Origin: an uncultured Armatimonadetes bacterium | GTDB taxonomy: Bacteria; Armatimonadota; Hebobacteria; Hebobacterales; Hebobacteraceae | Reading direction: 5' to 3' | DNA: 64,000 nucleotides | Assembly: GCA_963716175.1 (NCBI GenBank) | Contig: OY970296.1 | Coordinates: 1,152,001-1,216,000, forward strand | Shown here: piece after piece, positions 1-17,502 of the stretch | How the letters are laid out: the number at the start of each line of letters is the position of its first letter | How positions within the stretch are numbered: the first letter of the stretch is position 1 | Notes under the pieces: model-generated | The model's database searches: none | Seen by the model: only the letters and a program-made list of their open reading frames with translations | Told to the model about the DNA's origin: nothing | Program-made: the position numbers and the translations under genes

Positions 1-1457
1 GTAGATGCCGTGCGCCACATCGAAGGGCACGTTGTCGTCCCCTCCTTGAACTGGAACCCGAAATCCTGGAACCCCTCCACTGACTCAATGTCAGTGAACG
101 GCATCCAGATGCCCTCTTTGCGATTGCGCTTGGTGAAGGCGTCGGGGAAGAGCTGGTAGTAGCGCTCCAGCGCGGCGCGAAACCCCCACGCGGGATCGCT
201 GCGATAGAGCACCAGGCTGAAGCTCGCCCGCGAGGGGGACTTCTTCGTATCACGGGAGAGCCCCAGGTCAACCGCCGCGTACAGCTCCCGGGATTCGGCG
301 TCATACCCGAAGCGCCACAGCCGCGGCAGGTCCAGGGGCGCGCCCACCGCCAGCGCCTCCCCGGGGCCGCCGATGCAGGCCAGCGGGTAGCGGGAGGCCA
401 GGCCGTTCGCCCCTGCGCCCCGGTCTACGAAGTTGTCGTACTTCTCGCCGGCTTCGATCCGGCGGGAGCTGCGCTGGTCATCGTGCCACTGCCATCCGAT
501 CGCGTCCACCGGGTAAGTGAAGTACACGGTGATGGCGCGATCCCGGCCAGTCAGGTCTTCGAGTTCCCCATCCACCCGGATCGCTCTGCCAACACTGCGG
601 TAAGTCACGGCGAGCCGGAGCTTCAGCTCTTCGTCCTCACCCGCAAACCGGAGCGAGCCATCCGGCTGCCGGCTGACGGAGCCGCGGGGCCGGACGATAT
701 CGGACTTCGCCGCCACGTCCCGCAGTCTGAAGCCGCCCCTTCCGGTGGTGATCACGTCACCGTCCGAGTCCAGTTGCAGCACGAAGCCGTCGTCAGTCTT
801 GAGAGCAGGTCGAGGCACGCTCTTCACCTCCGAGCTATAAGATGCGATCACCGGCACCAGATCGAAGAGGCTGATGCCCCCCGGGGCTCTGCGCTCCCAC
901 AGCCGGAAGTCATCGAACCAGGCGGTGCCGGTGCGGTGGCGCAGCAGCGCGTACATGCTGATGCGCTTGATCGGCTTCGCCGGCAGCACCGTGACCCGGC
1001 CGCATTGCCAGCCGTGGCTGCCGGCCTGGAATGGCGCGAGCTGGCCCCAGAGAGGGGTGCCGTCCGCGTATTCCAGGTCAAGATAGAGTGAGTAGTCCTC
1101 CGAGCGGCCGGGCGAGACTTGGTCGGCCTTGCTCCAGCACTCGGCGGTCACCGGCGCCGGCCTCTTCTGGTTGAGCTCGACCGCCAGCACCAGGCCCCGC
1201 TGCTCCTGAGGGGAGAGATTGCCGCAGCGGGCGCTGAACCGGCCGCTGTGCTTGACCTCGCCATCCACCTGATAGCCCAACCCGTACCGCGCCCATCCTG
1301 CGAAATCGCCGCGGATCACCTGCTCGAGATTCGCGTTCGGCACGCTGATCAGCTCGGGCGCGGGCTCTTCCCGCAGCGTGCGCTTGACCACCCGGCCCTC
1401 AGCGAGACCACAAGAGGTCCACAGGAAAATCAGCGCGGCCGTCAGCCACCACGACAT
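1..1457 (-). CDS. Secreted hypothetical protein with N-terminal carbohydrate-binding-like domain; runs off the window edge, probable -1 indel near 45
   Basis: Manual translation from ATG 1457 (GGAG upstream): MSWWLTAALIFLWTSCGLAEG... signal peptide, then ...YSLYLDLEYADGTPLWGQ...AWFDDFRLW...WGFRAALERYYQLFP...; absent from the ORF track because no stop falls inside the window. Confidence 0.7.
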   Translation of the reverse strand, partial: MSWWLTAALIFLWTSCGLAEGRVVKRTLREEPAPELISVPNANLEQVIRGDFAGWARYGLGYQVDGEVKHSGRFSARCGNLSPQEQRGLVLAVELNQKRPAPVTAECWSKADQVSPGRSEDYSLYLDLEYADGTPLWGQLAPFQAGSHGWQCGRVTVLPAKPIKRISMYALLRHRTGTAWFDDFRLWERRAPGGISLFDLVPVIASYSSEVKSVPRPALKTDDGFVLQLDSDGDVITTGRGGFRLRDVAAKSDIVRPRGSVSRQPDGSLRFAGEDEELKLRLAVTYRSVGRAIRVDGELEDLTGRDRAITVYFTYPVDAIGWQWHDDQRSSRRIEAGEKYDNFVDRGAGANGLASRYPLACIGGPGEALAVGAPLDLPRLWRFGYDAESRELYAAVDLGLSRDTKKSPSRASFSLVLYRSDPAWGFRAALERYYQLFPDAFTKRNRKEGIWMPFTDIESVEGFQDFGFQFKEGTTTCPSMWRTAS

Positions 1458-1555
1458 CGCGGTTGCATCTCCTCTCGCCCCCTCCCCAGTGCTCTATACC
1501 ACCGCGCCGACGGCCTTACCTGCGTGCCGCCAGCGGTACAGGTCTCCGCATTGCC

Positions 1556-1638
1556 TGTGGGAGCCCGGTGGCTACGTCCGGGAGAGCGGACCGCCATGGC
1601 GGCCCGCCGGTGGCGGGCCTAGCCATCCTCCGGGCGAT
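1556..1638 (+). repeat. GTGG-tagged REP interrupted by a 57-bp bulged-hairpin dimer (1569-1625)
   Basis: TGTGGGAGCCCGG[insert]TCCTCCGGGCGAT; the uninterrupted sequence occurs at 37121-37146. Confidence 0.75.
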
Positions 1639-1688
1639 TACCTGAGGACACAGGAATCTCTGCTTCCCAACGCCGAATACACTACCCC

Positions 1689-1817
1689 GGCGGGCATGCA
1701 GAGATGGCTAGGTCGCCAACGGCAACCGCTGGCTAAGCCTGCCTTCGGCGGGCCGCCATCCCGGCCTTCAGGCCTAGGGACATGGCGGCCGGAGGCCTAG
1801 CCACATGCCCGCCCTAC
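1689..1817 (-). repeat. GTAG-tagged REP with doubly nested mini-elements
   Basis: GGCGGGCATG...CATGCCCGCCCTAC outer stem; near-identical to 63358-63435 apart from an extra 51-bp insert at 1730-1780. Confidence 0.8.
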
Positions 1818-1832
1818 AGCCGGAGTCGCCCT

Positions 1833-3137
1833 GTGACCAAAGCCGACACCAGCTTCATCCGCAGCCGATCCGAGCAACTGGGTCTCCCTCTCGCCGACGC
1901 CATCTTGCGCGCGCTGCGCCGGAGCGCGCGGCCGGGAGAGCCGGCCCCGACCGTCCTCGCCATCTGTCCCAACTCCGAGGCGGTGGTGAAGGCCGCGGTG
2001 CAGGCCGCCAGCCAGGCCCAGGCGCCCCTCTTCTTCGCCGCCACCCTCAACCAGGTGGACCTGGACGGCGGCTACACCGGGTGGACGCCCGGGCAGTTCG
2101 TCGGCCTCGTGCGGGGGCTGGTGGCGGAGGTCGGATACATGGGCCCGGTGGTGGTGGGACTAGACCACGGCGGGCCCTGGCTCAAGGATGTGCAGACCCG
2201 CGAGCAGTGGCCCCTTGAACGCGCGATGCAGGGAGTGAGGGACTCGCTCGCCGCCTGCCTGGACGCGGGCTACGATCTGCTCCACATTGACCCGACCGTG
2301 GACCGCACCCTGCCGCCGGGCGCGGCCATGCCCATCGCGCTGGTGGTGGCCCGCACCCTGGAGCTGATCGCATTCGCGGAAGCCCATCGCCGCCAGGCCG
2401 GCCTGCCTCCGGTGAGCTATGAGGTCGGCACCGAAGAGGTGCACGGCGGCCTCGCCGACCTCTCCGTCTTCCGCAGCTTCCTGGACGGCCTCAAGGCCGG
2501 GCTGGCTCAGCGGGGGCTGAGTGAGGTCTGGCCCTGCTTCGTGGTGGGGAAAGTGGGCACCGACTTGCACACCACGGAGTTCGACCCCGAGGTGGCGAGA
2601 GCGCTCGCCCGAATCGCCGCTCCCTATGGCTCTGTGATCAAGGGCCACTACACCGATTCGGTATCCAACCCAGAGGCCTACCCCCAGGCCGGCATGGGAG
2701 GCGCCAACGTGGGCCCCGAGTTCACTGAGGCCGAATACCAGGCCCTGGAAGCGCTCGCCCGCAAAGAAGTAGGGCAGATCCGCCTTGGCCGCCGGCCGTG
2801 TGGCGGCGACCTGCCCACCTCCGGTATCGCGGCGGCCCTCCGCCACGCCGTCATCGCCTCCGGCCGCTGGGAGAAATGGCGCCTGCCACAGGAGCAAGGC
2901 CTTGCCTTCGACCAGCTCTCACCCGAACGCCAGGCCTGGCTGGTGCGCACCGGCTGTCGCTACGTGTGGACCCACCCGAGGGTGCTCGCCGCGCGCCAGC
3001 GGCTCTACGCCAGCCTGGAGGGCGCGGGCGAGGACGGCGAAGCCGCGGTGCTCCGCGCCATCACCGGTGTGATCCACAGGTACTTCCGCGCCTTCCGGCT
3101 CACCGGAACCCTGGCACGCATCGAGGCCGTCCTGTAG
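1833..3137 (+). CDS. GatZ/KbaZ-family protein (tagatose-6-phosphate 4-epimerase / tagatose-bisphosphate aldolase non-catalytic subunit family)
   Basis: Motifs ATLNQVDLDGGYTG, GLDHGGP, LHIDPT, YEVGTEE, KGHYTD, NVGPEFT; GTG 1833 preferred because 1782-1817 is REP sequence. Confidence 0.85.
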   Translation: MTKADTSFIRSRSEQLGLPLADAILRALRRSARPGEPAPTVLAICPNSEAVVKAAVQAASQAQAPLFFAATLNQVDLDGGYTGWTPGQFVGLVRGLVAEVGYMGPVVVGLDHGGPWLKDVQTREQWPLERAMQGVRDSLAACLDAGYDLLHIDPTVDRTLPPGAAMPIALVVARTLELIAFAEAHRRQAGLPPVSYEVGTEEVHGGLADLSVFRSFLDGLKAGLAQRGLSEVWPCFVVGKVGTDLHTTEFDPEVARALARIAAPYGSVIKGHYTDSVSNPEAYPQAGMGGANVGPEFTEAEYQALEALARKEVGQIRLGRRPCGGDLPTSGIAAALRHAVIASGRWEKWRLPQEQGLAFDQLSPERQAWLVRTGCRYVWTHPRVLAARQRLYASLEGAGEDGEAAVLRAITGVIHRYFRAFRLTGTLARIEAVL

Positions 3138-3193
3138 GGCGGGCATGTCGCTTGTCCTGCGAAGCCTGGGCGAAGCAGGACCGCATGCCCGCC
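3134..3193 (+). repeat. GTAG-tagged REP overlapping the stop codon, with a CCTGCGAAGCC..GGCGAAGCAGG element in its loop
   Basis: GTAGGGCGGGCATGTCGC...GCATGCCCGCC; the TAG of the tag is the stop codon of the upstream CDS. Confidence 0.7.
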
Positions 3194-3236
3194 GGCCGTT
3201 CTCTCGGTCTCTGCGCCGCTGTGGTTCCGTCTGGCC

Positions 3237-5276
3237 TCAGAACACCCAGATCAGCTTCAGCGCCACCCGCTCGGTGAACCCCGTCCGTGTCGGGTCGGGA
3301 TCGCCCACCAGCACATAGGCATCCATCCCCCGGCGCACCACCTGGCGATAGGCGAGAAAGGCGCTCACCCCGGCATCGCGCGCGATGAAACGGGCCGAGA
3401 TGCTTTTCTCCGGCGTCAGGTCGTAGGAGGCGGTCAGCACCGCCTGGTATTCGTGGGTGGCGTCGGGTGATGGCGGCTCCAGCGCGGTCTGCTCCACTCC
3501 CAGATTCAGAGACAGGTTCTTCCTGGGCCTGAATCCCTGGTTCAGCGACAGGTAACGGTAGTCGCCGCCGGCGCGCACTCCCCTGGTGAGCGAGAGCCCG
3601 CCCCGCCGGTACATGTCCCGGTTGTTCCACCCGAAGTAGCAGTGGACATCAGAGCTGTCCTGGTTGAACTCCCGCGCCCGGGTGAGGCCGACGGAGACGG
3701 AGTAGCCACGGCGGAAGCTCCATCCCTTCTCCGGCGCGATGCGGGAGAGCCTGATCCCGCTTCCGTCCAGAAACGGGAAGTAGTCCGTGCTCACGTTCCA
3801 GGACTGCTGATCCACTCGGCCCTTCTCATAGAGCTGCCAACTGCTGAGGTTGAAGCTGCCCCCGATGGTGTTCTGGTCATAGTAGTAACCCAGCTCTGGG
3901 TCGAAGTCTTTGCTCACCCGGCGGAACATCCAGTCATAGCCCAGCGCGCCCGCTCCCCTCCAGTGGCCGCCCCCGAGGGAATAGACCCCGCCCGAGGCCG
4001 CGCCCTGGGTTTGCGACTCGTAGAGCACGGTCCACAGGGTGTCCCCTCCTTTCGGGTTCCGCCAGGTGTGACTGGCATCCAGCCCGTAGCAGAAGTTGTC
4101 CGGCTCCCCGACCTTGCGGTGGTTGACCAGCAGCAACGCGGAGCTGGTATCCTGGTCGAACAGGTGCTTCCAGGCTCCGGCCAGGGAGTTCTCTGAGCCA
4201 TAGCTGACCGCATCCAGCAGGCCGATGGTGTCGTTGCCAACGGTCCCGAAGAGCTTGAGGCCGGCGTCGAAATCCTCGATGCGGCGGGTGTAGAGGAGCT
4301 GTTCGCGGGGCAGATAGCCGCTCTGGCCGGTGACGAAGAAGGGCCGGCGCTCCTCCAGATAGCGTTCGGTGTAGGAGAACGCGATCGGCTCCACCACATC
4401 CTCGATCTGCTTGAAATCGGGGTTGATGGTGGCCAGCGTGGTGAGGCCGTTGGGCATGCGGTACTGCACGTCCAGGCCGGTGTCGAAACGGCTGCCCACC
4501 GACTGCCCCAGGTCCAGGGTGACATAGGGCATCAGCAGGGGCCGCGGCTTGAACACCGGAGGGTGCAACCCCACCAGGTCGGCGGCCTGCTTCCAGTTGA
4601 ACGACCGCCCCTCCATGATCGGGTACGCAGTCCAGATCCGCTCCTTCGCGAACCCCCGGGCCAGGGCGAACCCAAAGGTCCTCTGTCCGGGCGGATAGCG
4701 CAGGATGGAGAAGGGTATCGCCATCTCCGCCGTCCACCCCTCCGGGGTGCGAGTGGCTGCGGCTTTCCAGTCCCCCCGCCACTCAATCTTGGCGGCCGAG
4801 CCGCCCGGGATCGCCTCGAACTGCGTCCCTGCGGCCGTGACGTCGAAGAAGTAGGCATCCTGGTGCTTGTGCCAGGGGTCGAGATCCAACTCCACAAAGT
4901 CATCGTTCCAGATCTCGCCATTGCGCCGGGTCTCGGTGCCCTTGATGTCCTCCGGCGTCCGGTCTTTGCAGATCACCCCTACATAGATGGCGGTGCTATC
5001 CACGCAGATCAGCCCGATGGTCTCCTCCGGGCTGGGTTGGTCAACGTTGGGAGCGAAGAACCCCTCCAGCCGCGCCGCCTGCGACCAGCACGGGTCGTCC
5101 AGCTTCCCATCAATCACCGGAGCCGCGTCCACATACACGGCCTGCACCACCGGCGGGGTGAAGGCCTTCTTCCCCCCGGCCGGCTGAGCCGCTTCGCCCG
5201 CGTACCCGAAGCCGCAGGCCAAGAGCACGAGCAGGGTTGTCCCAGGCGCAGCAATGCGCCTGCTCTGGCGCGACAT
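3237..5276 (-). CDS. Secreted CBM9-like/DUF5916 domain protein
   Basis: Signal peptide, APVIDGKLDDPCW, DDFVELDLDP, WTAEMAIPFSIL (CBM9-like), TINPDFKQIE...ERRPFF...LYTRRI (DUF5916); C-terminal Phe suggests a beta-barrel. Confidence 0.8.
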   Translation of the reverse strand: MSRQSRRIAAPGTTLLVLLACGFGYAGEAAQPAGGKKAFTPPVVQAVYVDAAPVIDGKLDDPCWSQAARLEGFFAPNVDQPSPEETIGLICVDSTAIYVGVICKDRTPEDIKGTETRRNGEIWNDDFVELDLDPWHKHQDAYFFDVTAAGTQFEAIPGGSAAKIEWRGDWKAAATRTPEGWTAEMAIPFSILRYPPGQRTFGFALARGFAKERIWTAYPIMEGRSFNWKQAADLVGLHPPVFKPRPLLMPYVTLDLGQSVGSRFDTGLDVQYRMPNGLTTLATINPDFKQIEDVVEPIAFSYTERYLEERRPFFVTGQSGYLPREQLLYTRRIEDFDAGLKLFGTVGNDTIGLLDAVSYGSENSLAGAWKHLFDQDTSSALLLVNHRKVGEPDNFCYGLDASHTWRNPKGGDTLWTVLYESQTQGAASGGVYSLGGGHWRGAGALGYDWMFRRVSKDFDPELGYYYDQNTIGGSFNLSSWQLYEKGRVDQQSWNVSTDYFPFLDGSGIRLSRIAPEKGWSFRRGYSVSVGLTRAREFNQDSSDVHCYFGWNNRDMYRRGGLSLTRGVRAGGDYRYLSLNQGFRPRKNLSLNLGVEQTALEPPSPDATHEYQAVLTASYDLTPEKSISARFIARDAGVSAFLAYRQVVRRGMDAYVLVGDPDPTRTGFTERVALKLIWVF

Positions 5277-5523
5277 GTGGTGATCCCCCAGCGGTGGCGA
5301 GAACTTCGCTGTGCTGTGGACAGAGAAGAGGTAAGCCGGCGAGAAGCTCCGGTAGCATACCAGATTCCGTGCGCCGCCGCAACCACCGGCTGAAGTGGGG
5401 CGTGACCGCCGGGAGCTGGCGCTGACGCCCGCTTCCGGCGAGGAGCCCCGAGCCTACTCCGAGCCGAGGGGCCGGCGGGCGGGGTGTGACCGTTTTCTCT
5501 GGGTCGGCCGGAAATTGCTCCTC

Positions 5524-5616
5524 TGTCATCCTGAGCGTCAGCGAAGGATCTCGCCGTCTGCGCCAACCCAACGGCGGGATTCTTCGCGTCGCGCTGCGCG
5601 CTCGCTCAGAATGACA
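5524..5616. repeat. TGTC/CGTC-class palindromic repeat doublet
   Basis: TGTCATCCTGAGCG..GCGAAGGATCT facing GATTCTTCGC..CGCTCAGAATGACA in inverted orientation. Confidence 0.7.
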
Positions 5617-5684
5617 ACGACGGCCTCCCAGACTTTGCGGTCACAGCCGGCGGGCGAAGGGCCGAAAAAACTGTTTCCAGGGTC

Positions 5685-5713
5685 TTGACAAGGGGTACAT
5701 GTCCAGGTATCCT
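5685..5713 (+). promoter_or_regulatory. sigma70-type promoter of rpoBC
   Basis: TTGACA-17 bp-TATCCT in a locally AT-richer patch, ~370 nt upstream of rpoB. Confidence 0.75.
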
Positions 5714-6081
5714 ATAGTTTCACAGCCGACACGATGTGGGGGAATTGACGTTCTCGGCCGGCGATAGTGAACAAGCCGCTGCGCCACCCTTTGGACCCTC
5801 TTCTGGTCGAATAAAACGCGCGCCGGTTCTGGCGCCGCGCCACGCGCGCGACCCGGACTGGCGATTGGCCGCGTCTGCGGTGAGGTCCAGGTCCGAGAGG
5901 AGCTTCTGGCCAACGCAGCCAGCAGCTCGGCGCAGCAGCGGTGGGGTCGAGTCCGCGAATCTGCGCACCACCGGGCAGGACTGTCTAGGGAAATAGTGCG
6001 AGCCGTGCCAGAGCCGCCGCAGGCGCCTCGCCCAGCGCAGTGCCAGGTTCTGGTACCGCCTCCAAAGGGGAGATGCAAGGC

Positions 6082-14902
<8,821 letters not shown>

Positions 14903-14918
14903 CGCTCACCGCGAACCT

Positions 14919-14957
14919 GACAGCCCCCGCCCAGGGATGGACGGGGGTTGTCCTTTT
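14919..14957 (+). terminator. Intrinsic terminator of rpoBC
   Basis: GACAGCCCCCG/CGGGGGTTGTC stem followed by CTTTT, 16 nt after the rpoC stop. Confidence 0.8.
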
Positions 14958-15126
14958 GTGGCGGAAGCGATCGTGAGAGGAGTGTCGCTCCTGCGGGCGG
15001 CGACCGCGAGGGGAGCGAGGTGGGGCCCAATGATGTTCGCACAACGAAGTGATGTGCGAACATCGCCCCGTGCCTGTCTGGGCCGCGTCTTGAGCTTCGC
15101 CGCGTTACCTTATCCGGCGAAGCTCT

Positions 15127-17502
15127 CTAGAGAGCCGCCGCCCTGGTTCGGTCCCCGCGGAGAGCGCGACGGATCTGCTGGAGGTGCTGGTAGGCCTCGC
15201 GCGCGCGATCATCGCTCAATGGCGCGGGGCCATAGCGCGCGAGCAGGAAGAGATCGGTGAGGGAGGCGATGGCGGGAAGGGCCGCCGCGAGCGTGTCTGG
15301 CCGCGAGCGTGCCTGGCGGAGGTGGCCGAGCCTGCTCCACCGCGGCGGGCGTAGCAACGCCCGCCCTACGGCGGCCGGGGCCGGCAGTTCCGTCCTCGGC
15401 TGGCCCAACACGGCCAGGAACTCGAGCGGAGTCTGTGAGGGCCGGCGAAGCTGGCCGGCTCGGCGCAGCAGCGCCAGAAGCTGGGAGTAGGTCCGCACCA
15501 CCGCGGCGCTGGCGTCGGCCGGCGGGGCCGCCCTCCCGGGGAGCCGGAGGCGAATCCGGCGCGCCCAGACCCTCACCAGGAAGACCAGAGCCAACGCGCC
15601 CGCGGCCACCAGCAGTGACAGTAGCGGATGATCCTGCCAGAAGAAGCGAGCGTGCAGCAGCGAGCGCCGGAGAGGTGGGACCGGCGACTCCTTTCCCGCC
15701 GGGGTGGCATCCGCGGTCACCCAACCCCAGGGCTGGAGGTAAGCCTCCACCCAGATGTGGGCATCGGACTCCCGCAGCTGGTAGGCGGCGGCAGACGGAG
15801 GAGGGGGCGAGAGCAGCGGCAATGCCGCGGGCGCGGCCGCTCCCCAACCTAGTCTGCCGACCATGCGCCCAGCGGGGCGAGGCCCGGCCGCCTCCGCCGA
15901 GATGGGAGCGCCATAGGCGTATCCCTCCACCAGGCGAGCGGGGATGCCCACGGCGCGGGCCATGACGGCGAGGGAGCTGGCGAAGAGATCGCAGTACCCG
16001 CGCTGGCTGTCGAAGAGGAAGTAATCGGTGGCATCCTCTCCGTGCGGAGTGGCAGGAGCCTTCAGGGTGTAAACACAGTGCTGCTGAAGATAAGCGATGA
16101 GGGTGGCGAGCTTGCGCTCGGCGGTGGGCTCGCGGCCGGCCACCTCTCGCGCCAGGTCGGCGACGCGCCGGGCGCTGAACGGGACGCGCAGATAGGGGTC
16201 TGGCGGAGGAGGAGAGCTGGCCTCCCCATCCCGGCGGCGCCCCTGGATTTCCAGCGGCGCGGAGAGGACCTGGTAGTAGTCGCCCGGCCGCCAGTCGGCT
16301 TCGGCGGCCTGGACCGAGCCATCACGATCAACCTGAACTCGTCGCGGGGCGACCCCGAAGGCCCTCAGGCGCTGGATCTGGCCAGGGCTGTAGAAGACCA
16401 GAGGCTGGCTGATGTCCAGGCGAACCAGATGAGTCTGGAGGCGGGCCCCGGGCTGCGCGGGAAAGCTTCGCGTGAGGTCCAATACCGGGCCGCCGGGCCC
16501 GCGGATGACGCGCGGCGGGCGGGGAGTAGGGCCCGCGAGGGGGGGGATGCCTGATAGCTCTGGGCTGCCGCCGGGGCTCTGGGACTCGGCCGCCTGGGGG
16601 CCCAGCCAGGCGTGCCCGGTGTAGTAATCGTAGACCTGCCCGCGCCAGAGCGGGAGATACTCTCCCCAGACCGTCAACTCCGGTATCTCCTGCGGCGAGA
16701 CGGGCCCCCGGCCCACAGGCAGGATGGCGGAGGTCCGTTCCCGCCCCATCTGCGGCGAGGCCATCCGACCGGGCACGACACCACCCGCGACCCGGGCCAG
16801 CAGCGGCCACCGGTACTTGGCGCAGTAGAAGGAGATGGGGAAGAAGAGCAGATAGCCCAGCACCGCGCTGACCAAGATGGCCGCGCCCAGGGCCGTCCAG
16901 TGGCGGGTGCGCCAGCCGCCCAGTCGCCAGCGGGAGTCGCTGATCCCACCCGCGGCGGCCATCCCCGACAGCAGCATGCCGTGACCCATGGCCACCAGAG
17001 CCGCCGGCAAGAAGATGGCAAAGCAGGCGCCAACCACCCCCTCAGGCCCCTGCCCTCCCACCAGGCCGAAGATGGCCAGGGCGGGCACCAGGGAGAAAGC
17101 GACCACCTCGTACTTGCCGAGGAGAAAGCTGAGCACCACTGGCAGGATGGCCATGCGCAGGCCCAGCATCAAGCCGACCTCGGCCGCGGCAAATGAGAGT
17201 TCACTGCCCTCCAGGGCGAGTTCTCGCTCGATCAGCCAGTAAAGGGCGAGGCCGGCGGTGAGGCCCAGCGCACCGCCCGCCAGCAGCCCAGGCCAGTGCA
17301 GTTCCCGCAGGCGCCAGCTCACGATGACGCCCGCGGTCACCAGGGAAACGCCGGCCAGGGCGATGGGCCAGCTCCCCGCGCCCACTCCTGCGGCCAGCTC
17401 CGCCGCGCTCAGGGCGATGGCGATGGCGAGGTAGAGCATGGCCTCATCGAAGGCGGTGATGCGGTCTGCGCGAGTTCCCGATCTCAAGCTAATCGCTGGC
17501 AA
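15127..17502 (-). CDS. Membrane transglutaminase-like protein (TgpA-type, C-terminal DUF4129)
   Basis: N-terminal TM helices, WRGQVYDYYTG, catalytic triad GYCDLFAS / HIWVE / DATP, RRPSQTPLEF...ARYG; start uncertain. Confidence 0.88.
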   Translation of the reverse strand: MPAISLRSGTRADRITAFDEAMLYLAIAIALSAAELAAGVGAGSWPIALAGVSLVTAGVIVSWRLRELHWPGLLAGGALGLTAGLALYWLIERELALEGSELSFAAAEVGLMLGLRMAILPVVLSFLLGKYEVVAFSLVPALAIFGLVGGQGPEGVVGACFAIFLPAALVAMGHGMLLSGMAAAGGISDSRWRLGGWRTRHWTALGAAILVSAVLGYLLFFPISFYCAKYRWPLLARVAGGVVPGRMASPQMGRERTSAILPVGRGPVSPQEIPELTVWGEYLPLWRGQVYDYYTGHAWLGPQAAESQSPGGSPELSGIPPLAGPTPRPPRVIRGPGGPVLDLTRSFPAQPGARLQTHLVRLDISQPLVFYSPGQIQRLRAFGVAPRRVQVDRDGSVQAAEADWRPGDYYQVLSAPLEIQGRRRDGEASSPPPPDPYLRVPFSARRVADLAREVAGREPTAERKLATLIAYLQQHCVYTLKAPATPHGEDATDYFLFDSQRGYCDLFASSLAVMARAVGIPARLVEGYAYGAPISAEAAGPRPAGRMVGRLGWGAAAPAALPLLSPPPPSAAAYQLRESDAHIWVEAYLQPWGWVTADATPAGKESPVPPLRRSLLHARFFWQDHPLLSLLVAAGALALVFLVRVWARRIRLRLPGRAAPPADASAAVVRTYSQLLALLRRAGQLRRPSQTPLEFLAVLGQPRTELPAPAAVGRALLRPPRWSRLGHLRQARSRPDTLAAALPAIASLTDLFLLARYGPAPLSDDRAREAYQHLQQIRRALRGDRTRAAAL

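Noticed and set aside
1782-1832. N-terminal extension MAAGGLATCPPY of the GatZ-family ORF
   Set aside because: Translation of REP DNA; the same peptide appears in a spurious ORF near 63400
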